In this document: one piece after another, positions 49,301-64,000 of the stretch | Layout: every line of letters begins with the position of its first letter | Numbering within the stretch: the stretch's first letter is position 1 | NCBI GenBank assembly: GCA_964016885.1 | Contig: OZ024741.1 | Coordinates: forward strand, 408,332,001 to 408,396,000 | Length of the DNA: 64,000 nt | From: Eledone cirrhosa | Taxonomy: Eukaryota | Direction of reading: 5' to 3' | Notes under the pieces: generated by a model | Told to the model about the DNA's origin: nothing | The model's input: only the letters and a program-made list of their open reading frames with translations | The model's database searches: none | Made by a program: the position numbers and the translations under genes

Positions 49301-52300
49301 GAGGCTAAGGTGCTGACACAACCAGGTAACCTCACCTGACACCTCAGTAAAGTGAGGCTAAGGTGCGGACACAACCAGGTAACCTCACCTGACACCTCAG
49401 TAAGGTGAGGCTAAGGTGCTGACACAACCAGGTAACCTCACCTGACACCTCAGTAGGGTGAGGCTATGGTACTGACACAACCAGGTAACATCACCTGACA
49501 CCTAAGTAAGGTGAGGCTAAGGTGCTGACAGAACCAGGTAACCTCACCTGACACCTCAGTAAGGTGAGGCTAAGGTGCTGACACAACCAGGTAACCTCAC
49601 CTGACACCTTAGTAAAGTGAGGCTAAGGTGCTGACACAACCAGGTAACCTCACCTGACACCTCAGTAAGGTGAGGCTAAGGTGCTGACACAACCAGGTAA
49701 CCTCACCTGACACCTCAGTAGGGTGAGGCTATGGTACTGACACAACCAGGTAACATCACCTGACACCTAAGTAAGGTGAGGCTAAGGTACTGACACAACC
49801 AGGTAACCTCACCTGACACCTAAGTAAGGTGAGGCTAAGGTGCTGACACAACCAGGTAACCTCACTTGACATCTCAGTAAGGTGAGGCTAAGGTGCTGAC
49901 ACAACCAGGTAACCTCACCTGACATCTCAGTAAGGTGAGGCTAAGGTGCTGACACAACCAGGAACCCTCATGCCACACCTCAGTAAGGTGAGGCTAAGGT
50001 GCTGACACAACCAGGTAACCTCACCTGACACCTCAGCAAGGTGAGGCTAAGGTGCTGACACAACCAGGTAACCTCACCTGACACCTCAGTAAGGTGAGGC
50101 TAAGGTGCTGACAAAACCAGGTAACTTCACCTGACACCTCAGTAAGGTGAGCTAAGGTGCTGACACAACCAGGAAACCTCAACTGACACCTAAGTAAGGT
50201 GAGGCTAAGGTGCTGACAGAACCAGGTAACCTCACCTGACACCTCAGTAAAGTGAGGCTAAGGTGCTGACACAACCAGGTAACCTCACCTGACAACTTAG
50301 TAGGGTGAGGCTAAGGTGCTGACACAACCAGATAACCTCACCTGACACCTCAGTAGGTGAAGCTAAGGTGCTGACACAACCAGGTAACCTCACCTGACAC
50401 CTCAGTCAGGTGAGGCTAAGGTGCTGACACAAGCAGGTAACCTCACCTGACACCTCAGTAAGGTGAGGCTAAGGTGCTGACACAACCAGGTAACCTCACC
50501 TGACACCTCAGTAAGGTGAGGCTAAGGTGCTGACACAACCAGGTAACCTCACCTGACACCTCAGTAAGGTGAGGCTAAGGTGCTGACACAATCAGGTAAC
50601 CTCACCTGACACCTCAGTAGGGTGAGGCTAAGGTGTTGACACAACCAGGTAACCTCATCTGACATTTAGTAGGGTGAGGCTAAGGTGCTGACACAACCAG
50701 GTAACCTCACCTGACACCTTAGTATAGTGAGGCTAAGGTGCTGACACAACCAGATAACATCACCTGACACCTCAGTAAGGTGAAGCTAAGGTGCGGACAC
50801 AACCAGGTAACCTCACCTGACACCTCAGTAAAGTGAGGCTAAGTTGCTGACACAACCAGGTAACATCACCTGACACCTCAGTCAGGTGAGGCTAAGGTGC
50901 TGACACAAGCAGGTAACCTCACGTGACACCTCAGTAAGGTGAAGCTAAGGTGCTGACACAACCAGGTAACCTCACCTGTCACCTCAGTAAAGTGATGCTA
51001 AGGTGCTGACACAACCAGGTAACCTCACCTGACACCTCAGTAGGGTGAGGCTAAGGTGCTGACACAACCAGGTAACCTCACCTGACACCTCAGTAAAGTG
51101 AGGCTAAGGTGCTGACACAACCAGGTAACCTCACCTGACACCTCAGTAAGGTGAAGCTAAGGTGCTGACACAACCAGGTAACCTCACCTGACACCTCAGT
51201 AAAGTGATGCTAAGGTGCTGACACAACCAGGTAACCTCACCTGACACCTCAGTCAGGTGAGGCTAAGGTGCTGACACAACCAGGTAACCTCACCTGACAC
51301 CTCAGTAAGTTGAGGCTAAGGTGCTGACACAACCAGGTAACCTCACCTGACACCTCAGTAAGGTGAGGCTAGGGTGCTGACACAACCAGGTAACCTCACC
51401 TGACACCTTAGTAAGGTGATGCTAAGGTGCTGACACAACCAGGTAACCTCACCTGACACCTCAGTAGGGTGAGGCTAAGGTACTGACACAACCAGGTAAC
51501 ATCACCTGACACCTCAGTAGGGTGAGGCTAACGTACTGACACAACCAGGTAACATCACCTGACACCTAAGTAAGGTGAGGCTAAGGTACTGACACAACCA
51601 GGTAACCTCACCTGACACCTAAGTAAGGTGAGGCTAAGGTGCTGACACAACCAGGTAACCTCCCCTGACACCTTAGTAAGGTGAGGCTAAGGTGACACAA
51701 CCAGGTAACCTCACCTGACACCTCAGTAAGGTGAGGCTAAGGTGCTGACACAACCAGGAACCCTCTGTCACACCTCAGTAAGGTGAGGCTAAGGTGCTGA
51801 CACAACCAGGTAATCTCATCTGACATATCAGTAAGGTGAGGCAAAGGTGCTGACACAATCAGGTAACCTCACCTGACACCTAATTAAGGTGAGGCTAAGG
51901 TGCTGATACAATCAGGTAACCTCACCTGACACCTAATTAAGGTGAGGCTAAGGTGCCGATACAACCAGGTAACCTCACCTGACACCTAATTAAGGTGAGG
52001 CTAAGGTGCTGACACAACCAGGTAATCTCATCTGACATATCAGGAAGGTGAGGCTAAGGTGCTGACACAACCAGGTAACCTCACCTGACACATCAGTAAG
52101 GTGAAGCTAAGAAGCTGACACAACTAGGTAACCTCACCTGACACCTTAGTAAGGTTAGGCGAAGGTGTTGACACAACCAGGTAACCTCATCTGACATTTA
52201 GTAGGGTGAGGCTAAGGTGCTGACACAACCAGGTAACCTCACCTGACACCTTAGTAGGGTGAGGCTAATGTGCTGACACAACCAGGTAACCTCACCTGAC

Positions 52301-55300
52301 ACCTTAGTAGGGTGAGGCTAAGGTTCTGACATAACCAGGTAACATCACCTGACACCTTTGTAGGGTGAGGCTAAGGTGCTGACACAACCAGGTAACCTCA
52401 CCTGACACCTCAGTAAGGTGAGGCTAAGGTGCTGACACAACCAGGTAACATAAACTGACACCTAAGTAAGGTGAGGCTAAGGTGCTGACACAACCAGGTA
52501 ACCTCACCTGACACCTAAGTAAGGTGAGGCTAAGTCACTGCCACAACCAGGTAACATCACCTGACACCTAAGTAAGGTGAGGCTAAGGTGCTGACACAAG
52601 CAGGTAACCTCACCTGACACCTCAGTAAGGTGAGGCTAAGGTACTGACACAACCAGGTATCATCACCTGACACTTAAGTAAGGTGAGGCTAAGGTGCTGA
52701 CACAACCAGGTAACCTCACCTGACACCTCAGTAAGGTGAGGCTAAGGTGCTGACACAACCAGGTAACCTCACCTGACACCTCAGTAGGGTGAGGCTATGG
52801 TACTGACACAACCAGGTAACATCACCTGACACCTCAGAAAGGTGAGGCTAAGGTGCTGACACAACCAGGTAACCTCACCTGACACCTCAGTAAGGTGAGG
52901 CTAAGGTGCTGACAAAACCAGGTAACCTCACCTGACACCTCAGTAAGGTGAGCTAAGGTGCTGACACAACCAGGAAACCTCAACTGACACCTAAGTAAGG
53001 TGAGGCTAAGGTGCTGACAGAACCAGGTAACCTCACCTGACACCTTAGTAAGGTGAAGCTAAGGTGCTGACACAACCAGGTAACCTCACCTGACACCTCA
53101 GTAAAGTGAGGCTAAGGTGCTGACACAACCAGGTAACCTCACCTGACAACTTAGTAGGGTGAGGCTAAGGTGCTGACACAACCAGATAACCTCACCTGAC
53201 ACCTCAGTAGGTGAAGCTAAGGTGCTGACACAACCAGGTAACCTCATCTGACATTTAGTAGGGTGAGGCTAAGGTGCTGACACAAGCAGGTAACCTCACC
53301 TGACACCTCAGTAAGGTGAGGCTAAGGTGCTGACACAACCAGGTAACCTCACCTGACACCTCAGTAAGGTGAGGCTAAGGTGCTGACACAATCAGGTAAC
53401 CTCACCTGACACCTCAGTAAGGTGAGGCTAAGGTGCTGACACAATCAGGTAACCTCACCTGACACCTCAGTAGGGTGAGGCTAAGGTGTTGACACAACCA
53501 GGTAACCTCACCTGACACCTTAGTAGAGTGAGGCTAAGGTGCTGACACAACCAGATAACATCACCTGACACCTCAGTAAGGTGAAGCTAAGGTGCTGACA
53601 CAACCAGGTAACCTCACCTGACACCTCAGTAAAGTGAGGCTAAGGTGCTGACACAACCAGGTAACCTCACCTGACACCTCAGTCAGGTGAGGCTAAGGTG
53701 CTGACACAAGCAGGTAACCTCACCTGACACCTCAGTAAGGTGAGGCTAAGGTGCTGACACAACCAGGTAACCTCACCTGTCACCTCAGTAAAGTGATGCT
53801 AAGGTGCTGACACAACCAGGTAACCTCACCTGACACCTCAATAGGGTGAGGCTAAGGTGCTGACACAACCAGGTAACCTCACCTGACACCTCAGTAAAGT
53901 GAGGCTAAGGTGCTGACACAACCAGGTAACCTCACCTGACACCTCAGTAAAGTGATGCTAAGGTGCTGACACAACCAGGTAACCTCACCTGACACCTCAG
54001 TCAGGTGAGGCTAAGGTGCTGACACAACCAGGTAACCTCACCTGACACCTCAGTAAGTTGAGGCTAAGGTGCTGACACAACCAGGTAACCTCACCTGACA
54101 CCTCAGTAAGGTGAGGCTAGGGTGCTGACACAACCAGGTAACCTCACCTGACACCTCAGTAGGGTGAGGCTAAGGTACTGACACAACCAGGTAACATCAC
54201 CTGACACCTCAGTAGGGTGAGGGTTAGGTACTGACACAACCAGGTAACATCACCTGACACCTAAGTAAGGTGAGGCTAAGGTACTGACACAACCAGGTAA
54301 CCTCACCTGACACCTAAGTAAGGTGAGGCTAAGGTGCTGACACAACCAGGTAACCTCCCCTGACACCTTAATAAGGTGAGGCTAAGGTGACACAACCAGG
54401 TAACCTCACCTGACACCTCAGTAAGGTGAGGCTAAGGTGCTGACACAACCAGGTAACCGCACCTGACATCTCAGTAAGGTGAGGCTAAGGTGCTGACACA
54501 ACCAGGAACCCTCTGTCACACCTCAGTAAGGTGAGGCTAAGGTGCTGACACAACCAGGTAATCTCATCTGACATATCAGTAAGGTGAGGCTAAGGTGCTG
54601 ACACAATCAGGTAACCTCACCTGACACCTTACTAGGGTGAGGCTCAGGTGATGACACAACCAGGTAACCTCACTTGACACCTTAGTAGGGTGAGGCTAAG
54701 GTGCTGAAACAACCAGGTAACCTCACCTGACACCTCAGTAAGGTGACGCTAATGTGCTGAGACAACCAGGCACCCTCACCTGACACCTCAGTAGTGTGAG
54801 GCTAAGATGCTGACACAACCAGGTAACCTCAACTGACACCTCAGTAAGGTGAGGCTAAGGTGTTGACACAACCAGGTAACCTCACTTGACACCTTAGTAG
54901 GGTGAGGCTAAGGTGCTGAAACAACCAGGTAACCTCACCTGACACCTCAGTAAGGTGACGCTAATGTGCTGAGACAACCAGGCACCCTCACCTGACACCT
55001 CAGTAGTGTGAGGCTAAGGTGCTGACACAACCAGGTAACCTCAACTGACACCTCAGTAAGGTGAGGCTAAGGCGCTGACACAACCAGGTAACATCATCTG
55101 ACACCTCAGTAAGGTGAGGCTAAGGTGCTGAGACAACCAGGTAACCTCACCTGACACATCAGTAGGGTGAGGCTAATGTGCTGACACAACCAGGTAACCT
55201 AACCTGACACCTCAGTAAGGTAAGGCTAAGATCACACAACCAGGTAACCTCACCTGACACCTCAATAAGGTGAGGCTAAGCTGCTGACACAACCAGGTAA

Positions 55301-58300
55301 CCTCACCTGACACCTTAATAAAGTGAGGCTAAGGTGCTGACACAACCAGGTAACCTAACCTGACACCTCAGTAAGGTGAGGCTAAGGTGCTGACACAACC
55401 AGGTAACCTCATCTGACACCTCATTGAGGTGAGGCTAAGGTGCTGACACAACCAGGTAACCTCATATGACACCTCAGTACGGTGATTCTAAGGTGCTGAC
55501 ACAACCAGGTCACCTCACCTGACACCTTAGTAAGGTGAGGCCAAGGTGCTGACACAACCAGGTAACCTCACCTGACACCCCAGTAAGGCGAGGCTAAGGT
55601 GCTGACACAACCAGGTAACCTCATCTGACACCTTAGTAAAGTGAGGCTAAGCTGCTGACACAACCAGGTAACCTCACCTGACACCTCAGAAAGGTGAGGC
55701 TAAGGTGCTGACACAACCAGGTAACCTCACATGACACCTTAGTAGGTTGAGTCTAAGGTGCTGACACAACCAGGTAACCTCACCTGACATCTTAGTAGGG
55801 TGAGGCTAAGATGCTGACACAACCAGGTAACCTAAACTGACACCTCAGTAAAGTGAGGCTAAGGTGCTGACACAACCAGGTATCCTCACCTGACACCTCA
55901 GTAAGGTGAGGCTAAGGTGCTTACACAACCAGGTAACCTCACCTGAGACCTCAGTAGGGTGAGGCTAAGGTGCTGCCACAACCAGTTAACCTCATCTGAC
56001 ATTTAGTAGGGTGAGGCTAAGGTGCTGACAGAACCAGGTAACCTCACCTGATACTTCAGTAATGTGAGGCTAAGGTGCTGACACAACCAGGTAACCTCAC
56101 CTGACACCTAAGTAAGGTGAGGCTAAGGTGCTGACACAACCAGGTAACCTCACCTGACACGTCAGTAAGGTGAGGCTAAGGTGCTGACACAACCAGGTAA
56201 TCTCACCTGACACCTTAGTAGGGTGAGGCTAAGGTGCTGACACAACCAGGTAACCTCACCTGACACCTCAGTAAGGTGAGGCTAAGGTGCTGATACAACC
56301 AGGTAACCTCACCTGACACATCAGTAAGGTGAAGCTAAGATGCTGACACAACCAGGTAACCTCACCTGACACCTTAGTAGGGTTAGGCTAAGGTGCTGAC
56401 ACAACCAGGTAACCTCACCTGACACATCAGTAAGGTGAAGCTAAGATGCTGACACAACCAGGTAACCTCACCTGACACCTTAGTAGGGTGAGGCTAAGTT
56501 ACTGACACAACCAGGTAACCTCACCTGACACCTTACTAGGGTGAGGCTCAGGTGATGACACAACCAGGTAACCTCACTTGACACCTTAGTAGGGTGAGGC
56601 TAAGGTGCTGAAACAACCAGGTAACCTCACCTGACACCTCAGTAAGGTGACGCTAATGTGCTGAGACAACCAGGTACCCTCACCTGACACCTCAGTAGTG
56701 TGAGGCTAAGGTGCTGACACAACCAGGTAACCTCAACTGACACCTCAGTAAGGTGAGGCTAAGGTGTTGACACAACCAGGTAACCTCACTTGACACCTTA
56801 GTAGGGTGCGGCTAAGGTGCTGAAACAACCAGGTAACCTCACCTGACACCTCAGTAAGGTGACGCTAATGTGCTGAGACAACCAGGCACCCTCACCTGAC
56901 ACCTCAGTAGTGTGAGGTTAAGGTGCTGACACAACCAGGTAACCTCAACTGACACCTCAGTAAGGTGAGGCTAAGGTGCTGACACAAGCAGGTAACCTCA
57001 CCTAACACCTCAGTAAGGTGAGGCTAAGGTGCTGACACAACCAGGTAACCTCACCTGACACCTTAGTAGGTTGAGGCTAAGGTGCTGACACATCTAGGTA
57101 ACCTCACCTGACATCTTAGTAGGGTGAGGCTAAGGTGCTGACACAACCAGTTAACATCATCTGACATTTAGTAGGGTGAGGCTAAGGTGCTGACAGAACC
57201 AGGTAACCTCACCTGACACATCACTAAGGTGAGGCTAAGGTGCTTACACAACCAGGTAACCTCATCTGACACCTCAGTAAGGTGAGGCTAGGGTGTTGAC
57301 ACAACCAGGTAACCTCACCTGACCCCTCAGTAAAGTGAGGCTAAGGTGCTGACACAAGCAGCTAACCTTAGCTGACACGTCAGTAAGGTGAGGCTAAGGT
57401 GCTGACACAACCAGGTATCCTGACCTGACACCTTATCAGGTTGAGGCTAAGGTGCTGACACAACCAGGTAATCTCACCTGACACCTCAGTAAGGTGAGGC
57501 TAAGGTGCTGACACAACCAGGTAACTTTACCTGACACCTCAGTATGGTGAGGCTAAGGTGCTGACACAAGTAGGTAACCTCACCTGACACGTCAGTAAGG
57601 TGAGGCTAAGGTGCTGACACAACCAGGTAACCTCACATGACACCTTAGTAGGTTGAGGCTAAGGTGCTGACACAACCAGGTGACCTCACCTGACATCTTA
57701 GTAGGGTGAGGCTAAGGTGCTGACACAACCAGGTGACCTCACCTGACACCTCAGTAAAGTGAGGCTAAGGTGCTGATACAACCAGGTAACCTCACCTGAC
57801 ACATCAGTAAGGTGAAGCTAAGATGCTGACACAACCAGGTAACCTCACCTGACACCTCAGTAGGGTTAGGCTAAGGTGCTGACACAACCAGGTGACCTCA
57901 CCTGACACCTCAGTAAAGTGAGGCTAAGGTGCTGACACAACCAGGTAACCTCACCTGACACATCAGTAAGGTGAAGCTAAGATGCTGACACAACCAGGTA
58001 ACCTCACCTGACACCTTAGTAGGGTTAGGCTAAGGTGCTGACACAACCAGGTAACATCACCTGACACCTCAGTAAGGTGAAGCTAAGATGCTGACACAAC
58101 CAGGTAACCTCACCTGACACCTCAGTAGGGTGAGGCTAAGGTGCTGACACAACCAGTTAACCTCATCTGACATTTAGTAGGGTGAGGCTAAGGTGCTGAC
58201 AGAACCAGGTAACCTCACCTGACACATCAGTAAGGTGAGGCTAAGGTGCTTATAACAACCAGGTAACCTCATCTGACACCTCAGTAAGGTGAGGCTAAGG

Positions 58301-61300
58301 TGTTGACACAACCAGGTAACCTCACCTGACCCCTCAGTAAAGTGAGGCTAAGGTGCTGACACAAGCAGCTAACCTTAGCTGACACGTCAGTAAGGTGAGG
58401 CTAAGGTGCTGACACAACCAGGTATCCTGACCTGACACCTTATCAGGTTGAGGCTAAGGTGCTGACACAACCAGGTAATCTCACCTGACACCTCAGTAAG
58501 GTGAGGCTAAGGTGCTGACACAACCAGGTAACTTTACCTGACACCTCAGTAAGGTGAGGCTAAGGTGCTGACACAAGTAGGTAACCTCACCTGACACGTC
58601 AGTAAGGTGATGCTAAGGTGCTGACACAACCAGGTAACCTCGCCTGACACCTCAGTAGGGTGAGGCTAAGGTACTGACACAACCAGGTAACATCACCTGA
58701 CACCTAAGTACGGTGTGGCTAAGGTGCTGACACAATCAGGTAACCTCACCTGACACCTCAGTAGGGTGAGGCTAAGGTACTGACACAACCAGGTAACATC
58801 ACCTGACACCTAAGTAAGGTGAGGCTAAGGTGCTGACACAACCAGGTAACCTCACCTGACACCTCAGTAGGGTGAGGCTAAGGTACTGACACAACCAGGT
58901 AACATCACCTGACACCTAAGTAAGGTGAGGCTAAGGTGCTGACACAACCAGGTAACCTGACCTGACACCTAAGTAAGGTGAGGCTAAGGTGCTGACACAA
59001 CCAGGTAACCTCACCTGACACCTAAGTAAGGTGAGGCTAAGGTGCTGACACAACCAGGTAACCTCACCTGACACTTTAGTTAGGTGAGGCTAAGGTGACA
59101 CAACCAGGTAACCTCACCTGACACCTCAGTAAGGTGAGGCTATGTTGCTGACACAACCAGGTAACCTCATCTGACATATCAGTAAGGTGAGGCTAAGGTG
59201 CTGACACAACCAGGTAACCTCACCTGACACCTCAGTAAGGTGAGGCTAAGGTGCTGACACAATCAGGTAACCTCACCTGACACCTAAGTAAGGTGAGGCT
59301 AAGGTGCTGATACAACCAGGTAACGTCACCTGACACATCAGTAAGGTGAAGCTAAGATGCTGACACAACCAGGTAAAATCACCTGACACCTAAGCAAAGT
59401 GAGGCTAAGGTGCTGACACAACCAGATAACCTCACCTGACACCTTAGTAAAGTGAGGTTAAGGTGCTGACACAACCAGGTAACCTCACTTGACACCTCAG
59501 TAAGGTGAGGCTAAAATGCTGAGACAACCAGGCACCCTCACCTGACACCTCAGTAGGGTGAGGCTAAGGTGCTGACACAACCAGGTAACCTTATCTGACA
59601 CCTCAGTAAGGTGAGGCTAAGGTGTTGAAACAACCAAGTAACATCATCTGAGACCTCAGTAAGGTGAGGCTAAGGTGCTGAGACAACCAGGCACCCTCAC
59701 CTGACACCTCAGTAGGGTGAGGGTAAGGTGCTGTCACAACCAGGTAACATCACCTGACACCTTAGTAAATAGAGGCTAAGGTGCTGACACAACCAGGTAA
59801 CCTCACCTGACACCCCAGTAAGGCGAGGCTAATGTGCTAATACAACCAGGTAACCTCATCTAACACCTCAGTAAGGTGAGGCTAAGGTGCTGACACAACC
59901 AGGTAACCTCACCTGACACCTTACTAGGGTCAGGCTAAGGTGCTGACACAACCAGGTAACCTCACCTGTCACCTCAGTAAGGTGAGGCTAAGGTGACACA
60001 ACCAGGTACCCTCACCTGACACCTCAGTAAGGTGAGGCTAAGGTGCTGACACAACCATGTAACCTCATCTGACAAGACAGTAAGGTGAGGCTAAGGTGCT
60101 GACACAACCAGGTAACCTCACCTGACACCTCAGTAGGGTGAGGCTAAGGTACCGACACAACCAGGTAACATCACCTGACACCTTAGTAAAGTGAGGCAAA
60201 GGTGCTGACACAACCAGGTAACCTAACCTGACATCTCAGTAAGGTGACGCTAAGGTGCTTACTCAACCAGGTAACATCATCTGACACCTCAGTAAGGTGA
60301 GTCTATGGTGCTGAGACAACCAGGCACCCTGACCTGACACCTCAGTAGGGTGAAGCTAAGGTGCTGACACAAACAGGTAACCTGACCTGACACCTTAGTA
60401 AGGTGAGGCTAAGGTGCTGACACAACCAGGTAATCTCACCTGACACCTCAGTAAGGTGAGACCAAGGTGCTGACACAACCAGGTAACCTCACCTGACACC
60501 TTAGTAGGGTGAGGCTAAGGTGCTGACACAACCAGGTAACCTCACCTGACACCTCATTAAGGTGAGGCTAAGGGGCTGGCACAACCAGGTAAGCTCACCT
60601 GACACCTCAGTAGGGTGAGGCTAAGGTGCTGACACAACCAGGTAACCTCACCTGACACCTCAGTAATGTGAGGCTAAGGTGCTGACACAACAAGGTAACC
60701 TCACCGGACACCTCAGTAGGGGGAGGCTAAGGTGCTGTCACAACCAGGTAAGCTCATCTGACACCTCAGTAGGGTGAGGCTAAGGTGCTGACACAACTAG
60801 GTAACCTCACCTGACACCTTAGTAAAGTGAGGCTAAGGTGCTGACACAACCAGGTAACCTCGCCTGACACCTCAGTAAGGTGAGGCTAAGGTGCTGACAC
60901 AACCAGGTAACATAACCTGACAGCTAAGTAAGGTGAGGCTAAGGTGCTGACACAACCAGGTAACCTCACCTGACACGTTAGTAGGGTGAGGCTAAGGTAC
61001 TGACATAACCAGGTAACATCACCTGACACCTTTGTAGGGTGAAGCTAAGGTGCTGACACAACCAGGTAACCTCACCTGACAGCACAGTAAGGTGAGGCTA
61101 AGGTGCTGACACAACCAGGTAACATAACCTGACAGCTAAGTAAGGTGAGGCTAAGGTGCTGACACAACCAGGTAACCTCACCTGACACGTTAGTAGGGTG
61201 AGGCTAAGGTACTGACACAACCAGGTAACATCACCTGACACCTAAGTAAGGTGAGGCTAAGGTGCTGACACAACAAGGAAACCTCAACTGACACCTAAGT

Positions 61301-64000
61301 AAGGTGAGGCTAAGGTGCTGACAGAACCAGGTAACCTCACCTGACACCTTAGTAAGGTGAGGCTAAGGTGCTGAGACAACCAGGTAACCTCACCTGACAC
61401 CTCAGTAAGGTGAGGCTAAGGTGCTGACACAACCAGGTAACCTCACCTGACACCTCAGTAGGGTGAGGCTAAGGTACTGACACAACCAGGTAACATCACC
61501 TGACACCTAAGTAAGGTGAGGCTAAGGTGCTGACACAAGCAGGTAACCTCACCTGACACCTCAGTAGGGTGAGGCTAAGGTACTGACACAACCAGGTAAC
61601 ATCACCTGACACTTAAGTAAGGTGAGGCTAAGGTGCTGACACAACCAGGAAACCTCACCTAACACCTAAGTAAGGTGAGGCTAAGGTGCTGACAGAACCA
61701 GGTAACCTCACCTGACACCTCAGTAAGGTGAGGCTAAGGTGCTGACACAACCAGGTAACCTCACCTGACACCTCAGTAAGGTGAGGCTAAGGTGCTGACA
61801 CAACCAGGTAACCTCACCTGACACCTCAGTAAGGTGAGGCTAAGGTGCTGACACAACCAGGTAACCTCACCTGACACGTCAGTAGGGTGAGGCTATGGTA
61901 CTGACACAACCAGGTAACATTACCTGACACCTAAGTAAGGTGAGGCTAAGGTACTGACACAACCATGTAACCTCACCTGACACCTAAGTAAGGTGAGGCT
62001 AAGGTGCTGACACAACCAGGTAACCTCACCTGACACCTCAGTAAGGTGAGGCTAAGGTGCTGACACAACCAGGTAACCTCACCTGACATCTCAGTAAGGT
62101 GAGGCTAAGGTGCTGACACAACCAGGTAAACTCACCTGACACCTCAGTAAGGTGAGGCTAATGTGCTGACACAACCAGGAAACCTCAACTGACACCTAAG
62201 TAAGGTGAGGCTAAGGTGCTGACAGAACCAGGTAACCTCACCTGACACCTTAGTAAGGTGAAGCTAAGGTGCTGACACAAGCAGGTAACCTCACCTGACA
62301 CCTCAGTAAGGTGAGGCTAAGGTGCTGACACAACCAGGTAACCTCACCTGACACCTCAGTAAGGTGAGGCTAAGGTGCTGACACAATCAGGTAACCTCAC
62401 CTGACACCTAATTAAGGTAAGGCTAAGGTGCTGATACAACCAGGTAACCTCACCTGACACATCAGTAACGTGAAGCTAAGATGCTGACACAACCAGGTAA
62501 GCTCACCTGACACCTTAGTAGGGTTAGGCTAAGGTGTTGACACAACCAGGTAACCTCATCTGACATTTAGTAGGGTGAGGCTAAGGTGCTGACACAACCA
62601 GGTAACCTCACCTGACACCTTAGTAGGGTGAGGCTAAGGTGCTGACACAACCAGGTAACCTCAACTGACACCTAAGTAAGGTGAGGCTAAGGTGCTGACA
62701 GAACCAGGTAACATCACCTGACACCTTAGTAAGGTGAGGCTAAGGTGCTGACACAACCAGGTAACCTCACCTGACACCTTAGTAAGGTGAGGCTAAGGTG
62801 CTGACACAACCAGGTAACCTCACCTGACACCTCAGTAAGGTGAGGCTAAGGTGCTGACACAATCAGGTAACCTCACCTGACACCTAATTAAGGTAAGTCT
62901 AAGGTGCTGATACAACCAGGTAACCTCACCTGACACATCAGTAAGGTGAAGCTAAGATGCTGACACAACCAGGTAACCTCACCTGACACCTTAGTAGGGT
63001 TAGGCTAAGGTGTTGACACAACCAGGTAACCTCATCTGACATTTAGTAGGGTGAGGCTAAGGTGCTGACACAACCAGGTAACCTCACCTGACACCTTAGT
63101 AGGGTGAGGCTAAGGTGCTGACACAACCAGGTAACCTCACCTGACACCTCAGTAAGGTGAAGCTAAGGTGCTGACACAACCAGATAACCTCACCTGACAC
63201 CTCAGTAAAGTGAGGCTAAGGTGCTGACACAACCAGGTAACCTCACCTGACACCCCAGTCAGGTGAGGCTAAGGTGCTGACACAAACAGGTAACCTCACC
63301 TGACACCTCAGTAAGGTGAAGCTAAGGTGCTGACACAACCAGGTAACCTCACCTGACACCTCAGTAAAGTGATGCTAAGGTGCTGACATAACCAGGTAAC
63401 CCCACCTGACACCTCAGTAAGGTGAGGCTAAGGTGCTGACACAACCAGGTAACCTCACCTGACACCTCAGTAGGGTGAGGCTAAGGTGTTGACACAACCA
63501 GGTAACCTCATCTGACATTTAGTAGGGTGAGGCTAAGGTGCAGACAAAACCAGGTAACCTCACTTGACACCTCAGTAAAGTTGGGCTAAAGTGCTGACAC
63601 AACCAGGTAACCTCACCTGACACCTCAGTAAGTTGAGGCTAAGGTGCTGACACAACCAGGTAACCTCACCTGACACCTCAGTAAGGTGAGGCTAGGGTGC
63701 TGACACAACCAGGTAACCTCACCTGACACCTCTGTATGGTGAGGCTAAGGTACTGACACAACCAGGGAACATCACCTGACACCTAAGTAAGGTGAGGCTA
63801 AGGTGCTGACACAACCAGGTAACCTCACCTGACACCTCAGTAGGGTGAGGCTAAGGTACTGACACAACCAGGTAACATCACCTGACACCTAAGTAAGGTG
63901 AGGCTAAGGTACTGACACAACCAGGTAACCTCACCTGACACCTAAGTAAGGTGAGGCTAAGGTGCTGACACAACCAGGTAACCTCCCCTGACACCTTAGT
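34372..64000. repeat. 53-bp tandem satellite (ACACAACCAGGTAACCTCACCTGACACCTCAGTAAGGTGAGGCTAAGGTGCTG), roughly 560 copies, continues past the window end
   Basis: Period 53 (tgctgac at 34441 and 34494); low divergence; occasional 50-bp variants lacking 3 nt; first unit is degenerate. Confidence 0.98.

Noticed and set aside
34372-64000. CRISPR-like array or coding repeat
   Set aside because: Units are head-to-tail with no unique spacers, no cas genes, eukaryotic context; 53 is not a multiple of 3 and stops are frequent.

Overview
Repeat-dominated eukaryotic DNA with no recognisable host gene. The RTE 3' tail and the SINE resemble repeats I associate with octopus/cephalopod genomes (inference). 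1-14.4 kb is a (TA)n field holding several insertions: (i) a near full-length Penelope-like element (PLE, ~676-6440) with direct pseudo-LTRs, an upstream coiled-coil ORF1 and an RT + Zn-finger + GIY-YIG ORF2; (ii) a foldback fragment with a hammerhead-like motif; (iii) an unclassified repeat; (iv) a decayed RTE LINE; (v) a non-coding retrozyme-like element with a consensus hammerhead ribozyme; (vi) a tRNA-derived SINE. After a 200-N gap come a 13.7 kb 36-bp GA-rich minisatellite, small TE fragments and hairpins, a second 5'-truncated PLE with a 1.2 kb inverted pseudo-LTR and hammerheads, and >29 kb of a 53-bp satellite. Most notable: PLE-1 ORF1 and ORF2 overlap in the -1 frame across an in-phase T TTT TTA slippery heptamer, and conserved RT N-terminal sequence lies upstream of the first ORF2 ATG, suggesting gag-pol-like programmed frameshifting. 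In addition, all hammerhead-bearing elements end at short AT microhomologies in (TA)n, downstream of their ribozymes. All calls were made by eye; no searches or folding programs were run.
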